The notes below the pieces were generated by a model. The model was not told the DNA's origin, did no database searches, and worked only from the letters and a program-made list of their open reading frames with translations. From the NCBI GenBank assembly GCA_963662285.2, contig CAXXMV010000001.1:480001-544000 (forward strand): a stretch of 64,000 nt of DNA, in the 5' to 3' direction. The stretch comes from a bacterium. GTDB taxonomy: Bacteria; Hinthialibacterota; Hinthialibacteria; Hinthialibacterales; Hinthialibacteraceae. How positions within the stretch are numbered: position 1 is the first letter of the stretch; every line of letters begins with the position of its first letter. Both the position numbers and the translations under genes were made by a program. Below are positions 40,834-49,651 of this stretch, in pieces.

Positions 40834-41610
40834 TCAAGATAATCCAATGCTAAATCCACCATCCACCGGCAGAACGACTCCGGTTACAAACTTAGCTGCT
40901 GGTGAGCATAGGTAGACTGCCGCGTGACCGATATCGTCGGTGTCTCCTCTGCAGTTCATGGGGGTGCGGCGCAGGACTTTCTCAAGCCGCTTGGGATCAT
41001 CATCAAAGGCGTTGCGGGAAATTTCGGTGATTATAAAACCGGGCGCGATGGCATTAACGCGAACGCCATGCGGAGACAACTCTGAGGCGAAGGTTTTGAC
41101 CAGCCCCAGGTAAGCCGATTTGGCGGCTGAGTAGGCTATGGTTTTCGACAACCCGATTATGGATGTCATCGAGGCGATAAATAAAACTGAACCATGCCCA
41201 TTCTTTATCATCTCCGGGGCAACCGCTTTGGTCAGCGAAAATGATCCCATGACATGGGTATTGATAAGCTGGTTGAATTCCTCGTTGGTTGTTTCCAAAG
41301 CGTCTTTTTTTAAGTGATTGCCTGCGTTGTTGATAAGAATTGTCGGCGACCCAACCTGCTCTGTCACCTTGGCGATTATGGCTGGAATTTCATCGATCTG
41401 CGACACGTCAAAAACTTCATAAGAGGCCTGCGAACCTATGGCCTGAACCGCTTCCTGGAGAGATTGCTCGCGTCGTCCTAACAAAACAACTTTAGCCCCG
41501 GCTTGCGCCAGGTTGTGGGACATGGACAAACCGATTCCGGTTCCTCCCCCTGTAATGATGGCTATCTCACCTTGCAGAGAGAATGGATTGGTGTTCATGA
41601 TTTTCTCCAT
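40834..41610 (-). CDS. SDR oxidoreductase, gluconate 5-dehydrogenase/KduD-like
   Basis: TGGGTGIG, NNAG, IASM, YSAAK, NAIAPG, VDGG. Confidence 0.85.
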   Translation of the reverse strand: MEKIMNTNPFSLQGEIAIITGGGTGIGLSMSHNLAQAGAKVVLLGRREQSLQEAVQAIGSQASYEVFDVSQIDEIPAIIAKVTEQVGSPTILINNAGNHLKKDALETTNEEFNQLINTHVMGSFSLTKAVAPEMIKNGHGSVLFIASMTSIIGLSKTIAYSAAKSAYLGLVKTFASELSPHGVRVNAIAPGFIITEISRNAFDDDPKRLEKVLRRTPMNCRGDTDDIGHAAVYLCSPAAKFVTGVVLPVDGGFSIGLS

Positions 41611-41703
41611 TTAAGTTCGAGCGGTTTCGTGAAAAGGCTTCTGTATGCGTTTCAATTTGGCCTTAGTGAAACTAGATGTATTTTGGAATCGAAGGTGATA
41701 GCA

Positions 41704-41742
41704 TCAAGGGCTGACCGCAATGCGGTCTTGCCCTTGGCGCCC
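41704..41742 (+). repeat. 39-bp palindromic repeat, copy 1 (inverted copy at 54115-54153)
   Basis: TCAAGGGCTGACCGCAATGCGGTCTTGCCCTTGGCGCCC; its reverse complement matches 54115-54153 at 38 of 39 positions. Confidence 0.85.
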
Positions 41743-41860
41743 GCCAATCCCTTCGGTTCTCTTCATACAAATATAAATTCATGACAACTGTATAGGGTTC
41801 TTTGACACACCGGCTAGAAGCCGATGCTCCCCATTCTATGATGCTTCCCACTCTATGATG

Positions 41861-42631
41861 CTATCCTAATAATTTTTCAAACGGGGGCGTGAATTCAAAA
41901 CCGGTGTAGGGATTATCCTGGAAATGCCGTATGGTCCATAAATAATACATGTGAAATCCCGGTGCGGAAACTTGTGAATGGTCGCGCTCATCGGTGATGC
42001 GAAGCAGATCGTGATTCTTCAACTTGTATACCGTCTCTCCCAGTTCGCCATGTCCATAACCCCAATCAGGTTCAAAACGGTAATAGTAAAGTTCCGGTTG
42101 AGAATGATGGTGGGGAGGATAACTGCTCCAACGCCCTGGGAAATTAATAACTTCGCCTAGCACCAGATTGGCTTCAGCTGGCGCGTTGCGCCGGTCGAAT
42201 ACGCATCGCACGATGCGGTAACTGGTATCATCCATCTGCCCCTTGCCGCGATGTTCGCTTTCTACTTCATCAGGCAAGTAGATTCGTTGTGGGAAGGTTT
42301 TCGCATTAGGCGTTTTGGTAATCGCCAATTCAGTCTGCGTCACCGCCTTAACCGTAACCGTGGTGTTGGGAGGAGAATGAACCGACCAGGGCGATTGTTC
42401 AATCAACGAAGTGCGATCAAACGCCGCCTGATTATTATCAATAACCAGGTCGCCGCTTCCTTTAAGCACCAGAATCGCGGTTTCCTGCTCGTCCGAAAAT
42501 GTTTGCGACTGCCCTGGCTCAAGCAAGAATATCCCGAAATCGAGTTGGGTTTCCTCATCATTTTCGAGGAATGGATTCCAGCCGCGTTCCAAGGATTTAT
42601 TTCTGAATTGAGTTAAGAGATCGTCTACCAT
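41861..42631 (-). CDS. iolB: 5-deoxy-glucuronate isomerase
   Basis: EHRGKG...RIVR, LVLGEV, GRWSSYPPHHH, ELYYYRF, YYLW. Confidence 0.9.
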   Translation of the reverse strand: MVDDLLTQFRNKSLERGWNPFLENDEETQLDFGIFLLEPGQSQTFSDEQETAILVLKGSGDLVIDNNQAAFDRTSLIEQSPWSVHSPPNTTVTVKAVTQTELAITKTPNAKTFPQRIYLPDEVESEHRGKGQMDDTSYRIVRCVFDRRNAPAEANLVLGEVINFPGRWSSYPPHHHSQPELYYYRFEPDWGYGHGELGETVYKLKNHDLLRITDERDHSQVSAPGFHMYYLWTIRHFQDNPYTGFEFTPPFEKLLG

Positions 42632-42647
42632 TATTAAGTACACCTTT

Positions 42648-43730
42648 CTAAAGAGGGATCATGCGGTCGCGAATAACTTTGACTAATGATTCATAGCCCC
42701 CCAGAAACTGGCTAAGAGTAATTTTGTTGGGGCCGTAATCATCAAACTGCTCCGGCGTCATACCATCCGGTTCGTAAGATTTGCGGAAATCTTCAAATTT
42801 ATTTTGCAACTCATCAAGAATTTTAGCATCCACTGGATTATCCATCCGGGGAATTGCTTTGATATCGGAATTGTTAAACTGCACCTGCCATTCGTAGGGG
42901 ATCGAAACCACCAGGTCGCCGCCGATAAACTCTGACCAATGCATGTGGCAGCGGTAAGCGGCTGAAAGCAGCCGGATGCGGTAGCCGCGTTCCTGATATA
43001 TCTGATAAGCCTTTTTCATGATGGCAACGCCAGCATAATTGAAATAGCCGGGATCAGTAATGATGCCATCCCTGCTTGCAACTTTGCGCAGCCAGTCGTC
43101 AATTCGCCCCACCATGATAGTGCAGACGGGCGACATATCATCTATACTTTTGCCTTCCGCCTCACGCCGTTTCAAGCCGCGCTCCACCGCCTCAGCCACG
43201 GCCACCGCCTGGGGAACGCTGAAACTGACGGTAGCGTTTATATTTACGCCGCGGTAAGTTACCTCTTCGATAGCTTTAACGCCTGCTGCAGAAACCGGGA
43301 TTTTAACCTGCATATTAGGCGCCAGGGTATCAAAATACACAGTTTGTTCAACGATGCGGTCAGTGTTATTCCATGATTTCGGGCTGGTCTGAATCGATAT
43401 ACGGCCTTTTTTACCTTTGTGTTTATCAAAAGCGGGTTTAAGCAGTTGAGCGCCTTTAACCGCCAATTCCTCAATAAGCATCCAGGTTATTTCGTCTTCG
43501 GAAGAACTGGGATTATCGCGCACCAGTTCATTTATGCGATCCGACCAGAGATGCATCTCTTTTTTCAATACATTACCGACAATAACCGGGTTGGTAGTAG
43601 CGCCAACAGCGCCATGACCGATTGCATAGGTAAGTTCTTCCTGTGAACACGAATCGTTCCAGAGATCGGTGCAGGTAGTGCAGGTCATTTCATGCAGGGG
43701 GCTTTTAAAGGAATTTGATTGATCATTCAT
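42648..43730 (-). CDS. Atypical transaldolase/FSA-fold class I aldolase
   Basis: LWNDS (Asp), GATTNP, QVKIP (Schiff-base Lys), INAT, MVGRIDDW, SAAYR. Confidence 0.88.
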   Translation of the reverse strand: MNDQSNSFKSPLHEMTCTTCTDLWNDSCSQEELTYAIGHGAVGATTNPVIVGNVLKKEMHLWSDRINELVRDNPSSSEDEITWMLIEELAVKGAQLLKPAFDKHKGKKGRISIQTSPKSWNNTDRIVEQTVYFDTLAPNMQVKIPVSAAGVKAIEEVTYRGVNINATVSFSVPQAVAVAEAVERGLKRREAEGKSIDDMSPVCTIMVGRIDDWLRKVASRDGIITDPGYFNYAGVAIMKKAYQIYQERGYRIRLLSAAYRCHMHWSEFIGGDLVVSIPYEWQVQFNNSDIKAIPRMDNPVDAKILDELQNKFEDFRKSYEPDGMTPEQFDDYGPNKITLSQFLGGYESLVKVIRDRMIPL

Positions 43731-44083
43731 AATTGATTTACCCTAACTTTTAATATCCGAATCATGAAAAATCGAAATAATATTAATTTTCCATATAAAA
43801 GGATAATAAAAACTTACGATTCAATAGTCTAGACAAGCCAACATGCCTTTCTGTAAAGTAAGCTGAAGCTATCTTGAATAATTGTTTTTTGTATTACTAT
43901 TTTGTGAATAAATAAAGTATCCTGATGATTTTCCTGATAATTCGCTTTTGTAATCGTTTTTTCTCTTTCAATAGAGTTTTATTCTGATTTTTCCTATAAT
44001 AACTGGTGCATCAAGTAATCCAGACGTGTTTTTAATAAAACTAATTTGTTTAAAAGAAACAAATATAAGGAGTCGCAATAAAT

Positions 44084-45559
44084 ATGAAGATTCTTAAAAA
44101 CTATATCAACGGGCAGTGGGTAGAGGCTGAAAACGAAGGATTAATAGATATCGAAAATCCCAGTACTGGCGAAATTCTGGCTCAAAATCCTCTTTCAACT
44201 ACCGCAGAAGCGAACCGCGCCATCAGCGCAGCGGCGGAAGCCTTCAAAACCTGGAGCCATACTCCGGTTTCGCGTCGGGTGCAGCCATTATTCAAATTGG
44301 TTGAACTTCTCAAACAACACGAAGACGATATTGCCAGAGTACTGGTAGCAGAAATGGGCAAATCCATGGCCGACGCCCGCGCCGAGATGAAGCGGGTTCT
44401 GGAAAATTGCGAAGTGGCCTGTGGTATGCCGGTTCTGCAACAGGGCGATAAACTGATCGGCTGTTCATACGGGATCGACGGTGAGGTAATTCATCTACCC
44501 ATCGGAGTATTCACCATGATCGCCCCCTTCAATTTCCCCGCCATGGTTCCATTCTGGTTTATTCCCTACGCATTGGCGACGGGCAACACCTTCGTAATCA
44601 AAGCATCTTCCCAGGTTCCCATGACCATGCAATTGATCACTGAATACATAGACAAAGCCGGTTTCCCTGCTGGAACCTATAATCTGGTCAACGGCAGCCG
44701 TGCGGTTTCCAATGCTTTCATGGATAGCGAGACGGTCAAAGGCGTTTCACTGGTAGGCTCTACGCCGACCTGTAAGGTTATCGCTGAAAAATGCGCTAAA
44801 TCCAACAAACGGTTCCAGGCCATGGGTGGCGCCAAAAACCATCTGGTTATCATGCCTGACGCCAAAATTGATGAAGTAATCAGAAACATGGTCAGTTCCT
44901 GCTATGGATGCGCTGGTCAACGTTGCATGGCCTCATCGGCTATCGTGGCGGTTGGCGATGATGTTTACAAAGAGACCTGCGAAAAGTTCGTGGCAGATTC
45001 CAAGAATGTAATCACGGCCAATCCACTTGATCCCAAATACATTGAAGAAGGCATGTTGATGGGTCCGGTCATCTCGGCCAAAGCCAAAAAATTCATCCTG
45101 AGCATGATCGACAAAGGCATTGAAGAAGGCGCAACCCTGGCGCTGGATGGACGCGGTATCACCATTCCAGGCTGCGAAAAAGGTCATTTCATTGGCCCGA
45201 CGGTGTTCACCGACGTCAAACCTGGTATGGAAATCCACAAGACTGAGATATTCGGACCAGTCGTCATAATCATGAAAGCAGATTCATTTGATGAAGCGAT
45301 AGAGATTGTCAACAGCCATGAATACGGTAATGGCGCATCAATTTACACCCAAAACGGATATTACGCCCGTGAATTCAAACTACGCGTGGAATGCGGTATG
45401 ATCGGCGTTAATGTCGGCATCCCGGCGCCAGTGGCTTATCTACCCTTCGGCGGTATGAAAGAATCGCAATACGCCGACATCAAAGCGCAGGGTAAAGCGG
45501 TTATTAACTTCTTCACCGAAGACCGGATTATCACCGAGCGTTATTGGGACGAGAAATAG
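44084..45559 (+). CDS. iolA: CoA-acylating malonate/methylmalonate semialdehyde dehydrogenase
   Basis: APFNFPAM, VGST, MGGAKNH, GCAGQRCMA, EIFGPV, YGNGA, GVNVGIPAP; inositol gene context. Confidence 0.9.
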   Translation: MKILKNYINGQWVEAENEGLIDIENPSTGEILAQNPLSTTAEANRAISAAAEAFKTWSHTPVSRRVQPLFKLVELLKQHEDDIARVLVAEMGKSMADARAEMKRVLENCEVACGMPVLQQGDKLIGCSYGIDGEVIHLPIGVFTMIAPFNFPAMVPFWFIPYALATGNTFVIKASSQVPMTMQLITEYIDKAGFPAGTYNLVNGSRAVSNAFMDSETVKGVSLVGSTPTCKVIAEKCAKSNKRFQAMGGAKNHLVIMPDAKIDEVIRNMVSSCYGCAGQRCMASSAIVAVGDDVYKETCEKFVADSKNVITANPLDPKYIEEGMLMGPVISAKAKKFILSMIDKGIEEGATLALDGRGITIPGCEKGHFIGPTVFTDVKPGMEIHKTEIFGPVVIIMKADSFDEAIEIVNSHEYGNGASIYTQNGYYAREFKLRVECGMIGVNVGIPAPVAYLPFGGMKESQYADIKAQGKAVINFFTEDRIITERYWDEK

Positions 45560-45582
45560 TTCTGGCTTATATGATCAATATC

Positions 45583-45612
45583 AAAATCCGGGAGATTAAA
45601 CTCCCGGATTTT
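45583..45612 (+). terminator. Intrinsic terminator
   Basis: AAAATCCGGGAG-ATTAAA-CTCCCGGATTTT after iolA. Confidence 0.7.
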
Positions 45613-45676
45613 GAATAAAACTTGTTTCAATAAGCATAAACTAATGAGATATGTGACAATATCTTTAAGAGGAAAT

Positions 45677-46696
45677 ATGAATAATAAGAAAGAAAGAGCA
45701 CCAAGAAACCGAACTACTATATTAACAGATGCAGATAGGGATATTTTTTCTAAAAATTTGCTATTTTTAACCGAAAAAGTTACTCTAGATCATGTGATTT
45801 GTAAAACAATTAATCAGAATATACACGATGCAATTCTTCTGCTACCAGATAAAAGTATAGACCTACTTGTTGTTGATCCTCCTTATAATATGAATAAAAC
45901 TTTTAATGGTAGACAATTTGCTAAAAAAACGCTTGATGATTATGAGGAATGGTTAGACTCTTGGATTGGCGAACTTGTACGTATATTAAAAAAAACAGCA
46001 TCTATATATGTGTGTGGTGACTGGCAATCTTCTACCGCAATCCATAGAGTAACCCAAAAATATTTCTATGTAAGAAACAGAATAACATGGGAAAGAGAAA
46101 AGGGACGTGGCGCAAAAACAAATTGGAAAAATTGCTCTGAAGATGTTTGGTTTTGTACAATATCAAAAGAATACACATTTAATGTTGAATCAGTCAAGAT
46201 GAAACGCAAGGTTATTGCTCCATATACTGACAATAATGGCCAACCAAAAGACTGGGAAAAAACAGATAATGGTAAATTCAGAATTACACATCCATCAAAT
46301 CTGTGGAATGATATATCTATCCCATTCTGGTCTATGCCAGAAAACACTGATCATCCAACTCAAAAACCTGAAAAGCTGATAGCAAAACTTATTCTTGCGT
46401 CTTCGAATAAAGGAGATGTTGTATTTGATCCTTTTCTAGGTAGTGGAACTACATCAGTTGTGGCAAAAAAATTGGGTCGAAAGTATATTGGCGTGGAAAT
46501 TGATCGGGATTATTGTTGTCTATCTGAAAAACGTCTATCCATGGTTGATTATGACAATACGATACAAGGTTATTCTGGAGGACACTTTTGGGAACGCAAT
46601 ACTCTTGCAAAACAAACAAAATCTAATGGCGACAAAAAGACAAATGCAAAGCCAGATAATCAACAAGTTTTGTTATTTGGAGAGAATATAATATAA
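45677..46696 (+). CDS. Type II DNA methyltransferase (N4-C/N6-A, beta class)
   Basis: VDPPYN precedes HPTQKP and DPFLGSGTT; AT-rich. Confidence 0.93.
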   Translation: MNNKKERAPRNRTTILTDADRDIFSKNLLFLTEKVTLDHVICKTINQNIHDAILLLPDKSIDLLVVDPPYNMNKTFNGRQFAKKTLDDYEEWLDSWIGELVRILKKTASIYVCGDWQSSTAIHRVTQKYFYVRNRITWEREKGRGAKTNWKNCSEDVWFCTISKEYTFNVESVKMKRKVIAPYTDNNGQPKDWEKTDNGKFRITHPSNLWNDISIPFWSMPENTDHPTQKPEKLIAKLILASSNKGDVVFDPFLGSGTTSVVAKKLGRKYIGVEIDRDYCCLSEKRLSMVDYDNTIQGYSGGHFWERNTLAKQTKSNGDKKTNAKPDNQQVLLFGENII

Positions 46697-46697
46697 T

Positions 46698-47360
46698 ATG
46701 AAAAGCAAAATATTTTATACTGATCACCATAATATTATCGGGGATAAGGTTAAAGACTATCTTAATGAACATGGTGATTTTCTGTCTCCACAAACTGCAC
46801 AAAGTACAAGGGCTGTAGGAGATGCTGTTGAAGGAATATTATCTGATAAATTTGATATATTTCTTGGTGATGCATGCAAAGAATATCAAAAAGACTTTGC
46901 AAGAAGATCAATGGCAGATTTGGCATTCAAAGATAACGATGATTTTTATTATGTTGTAGATGTTAAAACTCACCGAATAGAAACAAAATTCAATATGCCA
47001 AATCTTACATCCGTACAAAGGCTATCTAGACTTTATGAAGATGACAATAATTATTTTTCTATTTTAATTATAAAATATTCACTAACAGATATAACAGCAA
47101 CAATATCTGATGTTCTCTTTATACCAATTGAATTTTTGGGATGGGATTGTCTTACTATTGGTGCTTTAGGGTGGGGGCAGATTCAGATAGCCAATTCGAA
47201 TAATATTACTGTGAATGAAGGATACTCAAGAAAAAAATGGATGCTAAATCTCTGCGATGTTATGGCAGAGTTTTACCCCAAGGAGATTGCCAAAATAACA
47301 GATAGACTCAGTTATTTTGAGACACTAGTGTCCGGGATACGAGAGCAGAAAGTTCAATAA
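46698..47360 (+). CDS. Type II restriction endonuclease (PD-(D/E)xK); last 12 residues replaced by IS sequence
   Basis: Starts 1 bp after the MTase stop; STRAVGDAVE...ADLAF...VDVKT motif. The native tail KVKRFWEDKPDE* lies beyond the IS, with stop at 48873-48875. Confidence 0.8.
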   Translation: MKSKIFYTDHHNIIGDKVKDYLNEHGDFLSPQTAQSTRAVGDAVEGILSDKFDIFLGDACKEYQKDFARRSMADLAFKDNDDFYYVVDVKTHRIETKFNMPNLTSVQRLSRLYEDDNNYFSILIIKYSLTDITATISDVLFIPIEFLGWDCLTIGALGWGQIQIANSNNITVNEGYSRKKWMLNLCDVMAEFYPKEIAKITDRLSYFETLVSGIREQKVQ

Positions 47361-48828
47361 CCGTTTTAAAATACAAGAGTTAGATGAGGTAAAAACTTTT
47401 ATCGATATGAGATTGACTTTACTCTAAAACCATACTTTTTTTAGGGGATGGTTCATGAGTATCGAAAAAACAGTCTTTTCTCAATTGATGGAGTTATATT
47501 CTCCTTATGATTTTCGAAAATGCGTAGAGCGATATAACGGGAATTATCGAGTCAAAAAGTTTTTATGCCGAGATCAATATCTCTGTATGGCTTTTGCACA
47601 ATTAACCTATCGGGAAAGTCTACGAGATATTGAAATCTGTTTGCGTTCCATGCAAGAGCGGCTCTATCATATGGGTATACGGGGAAAAGTATCCCGCAGC
47701 ACATTAGCCGAAGCCAACGAGAAAAGAGATTGGCGTATCTATGCGGAATTTGCTCAGGTTCTGATTCATAGTGCGAGAGAATTATACGTTAATGAAGAGT
47801 TTGGCGTCCAACTCGATGAAACGGTATATGCTCTAGATGCCTCAACCATTGATCTGTGTTTATCGCTATTCCCCTGGGCGAGATTTCGTAAAAAGAAAGG
47901 AGCCGTCAAATTACATACTCTGATTGATCTGCGGGGGAATATTCCAGTCTTCATTCATATTACAAATGGTAAGGTTCATGATGTGAATGTCCTGGATATT
48001 CTGATTCCCGAACCGGGTTCGATTTATTTGATGGATCGGGGATATTTCGATTTTAGGCGTTTGTATACGTTAGATCAGGAGCGTGCCTTTTTTGTTACGC
48101 GCTTGAAAAAGAATACAAAATTTGAACGCGTCTATTCTCGTCCGGTCGATAAAAGTACGGGTTTGAGGTGCGATCAAACGATTAAACTGGTCAATGCTGA
48201 TTCGGTTAAGGATTATCCTGGTCATCTTCGTCGCGTGGGGTATTATGACAGGAAAACAGAAAGACGGTTTGATTATTTAACCAACAATTTCGCCGTCCCG
48301 GCATTAACGGTTGCCGATCTTTTTCGGTGTCGTTGGCAGGTAGAATTGTTCTTTAAATGGATCAAGCAACATTTGCGTATCAAGACGTTTTATGGAACAT
48401 CGGAAAACGCTGTTAAAACACAAATCTGGACCGCTATATCAGTCTATGCATTGGTGGCGATTCTCAGGAAGCAGTTGAACCTGGAACAAAGTTTGTATAC
48501 GATTCTTCAAGTGTTAAGCGTAACACTTTTCGAGAAGAGACCGATTCATCAATTATTTGCTGAACCGGAAATGATGAATCTAGTATTTGTGGAGAATGAT
48601 CGGTTTCCATTATTCGAGGGTCTGGAAAACGAATGGGAATGAGCAATTCAATGATAAAAGTTGTGAGATTGAAAAATGTCAGTTTCTACACTTTTTATGT
48701 AAGTTCTAATAAAGAGAAAATGCAAAAAAGCCTTATTTTGGGGACTTTTTAAAGTGCAGTTTACGCTTTTCTCTATACTGCACTTCATAAACCCTTTAAA
48801 TTCAAAGAGTAACAACCGGACACTAGTG
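47323..48828 (+). mobile_element. IS4-family insertion sequence, 1506 bp
   Basis: 13-bp perfect TIRs CACTAGTGTCCGG / CCGGACACTAGTG; 9-bp target duplication ATTTTGAGA at 47314-47322 and 48829-48837. Confidence 0.96.
47455..48642 (+). CDS. IS4-family DDE transposase (DUF4372 + DDE)
   Basis: MAFAQLTYRESLRDIE, ALDASTI, KLHTL, MDRGY, RWQVELFFKWIKQHL. Confidence 0.95.
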   Translation: MSIEKTVFSQLMELYSPYDFRKCVERYNGNYRVKKFLCRDQYLCMAFAQLTYRESLRDIEICLRSMQERLYHMGIRGKVSRSTLAEANEKRDWRIYAEFAQVLIHSARELYVNEEFGVQLDETVYALDASTIDLCLSLFPWARFRKKKGAVKLHTLIDLRGNIPVFIHITNGKVHDVNVLDILIPEPGSIYLMDRGYFDFRRLYTLDQERAFFVTRLKKNTKFERVYSRPVDKSTGLRCDQTIKLVNADSVKDYPGHLRRVGYYDRKTERRFDYLTNNFAVPALTVADLFRCRWQVELFFKWIKQHLRIKTFYGTSENAVKTQIWTAISVYALVAILRKQLNLEQSLYTILQVLSVTLFEKRPIHQLFAEPEMMNLVFVENDRFPLFEGLENEWE

Positions 48829-48998
48829 ATTTTGAGAAAGTTAAAAGGTTTTGGGAAGATAAGCCAGATGAATAAAGTCATATCCATTCCCCAAGTGGAT
48901 ATGTATCGATCCAAACCTTCGGTATCGATTTCATTTGTCAGTCTTATTATGCCAGTAAAGCAAAGTTTTAACTACTATACCAATGATTGGAGCAGATC

Positions 48999-49574
48999 AT
49001 GAAAGTTGTAGCCTTCAATGGAAGCGCCCGTAAAGATGGCAATACCGCCATAATGGTTAAACAGGTATTAAGCGAACTGGAAAAAGAGGGCATTGAAACA
49101 GAAATGATCCAATTTTCCGGTAAAGCCATCCGGGGATGTTTGGCCTGTTACCAATGCTTTGAAAAAAAGGATCAACGTTGCTCGAATAAGAGCGACATTG
49201 TGAATGAATGCATCGAAAAGATCATCGAAGCGGATGGAATTATCCTGGCTTCACCGACCTATTTTTCAGACGTTTCAGCGGAACTCAAGGCGTTGATCGA
49301 CCGGGCTGGTCTGGTGGCCAAGGCCAATGACAACCTTTTCCGGCGTAAAGTAGGCGCCGCAGTGGTATCCGTCCGGCGCGGAGGTTCAATCCACGCCTTC
49401 GATACCATAAACCACTTTTACCTGCTCGGAGAAATGATCGTCCCCGGTTCTATTTACTGGAATATGGGATTCGGGTTGGATAAGGGAGAGGTTGAGAAAG
49501 ACGAGGAAGGACTTAGAACTATGCAAGCCCTGGGTCAGAACATGGCCTGGCTGCTGAAGAAGATAAACGCTTAG
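48999..49574 (+). CDS. Iron-sulfur flavoprotein / multimeric flavodoxin
   Basis: NGSARKDGNT, CLACYQC...C, ASPTYF, RRGG, YWN. Confidence 0.9.
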   Translation: MKVVAFNGSARKDGNTAIMVKQVLSELEKEGIETEMIQFSGKAIRGCLACYQCFEKKDQRCSNKSDIVNECIEKIIEADGIILASPTYFSDVSAELKALIDRAGLVAKANDNLFRRKVGAAVVSVRRGGSIHAFDTINHFYLLGEMIVPGSIYWNMGFGLDKGEVEKDEEGLRTMQALGQNMAWLLKKINA

Positions 49575-49595
49575 AATAATTCCAATATAAAACAC

Positions 49596-49635
49596 CGGGC
49601 CGCTCAGCAAGAAGATTGCCGGGCGGCCCGTTTTT
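49596..49635. terminator. Bidirectional terminator-like hairpin
   Basis: CGGGCCGCTCAGCAA...TTGCCGGGCGGCCCGTTTTT between convergent genes. Confidence 0.6.
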
Positions 49636-49651
49636 GTATTCTTTGTATCTA

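Noticed and set aside
48648-49002. ORFs 48648-48914(-) and 48754-49002(+)
   Set aside because: They span the IS right end and the displaced REase tail, so they are not independent genes.
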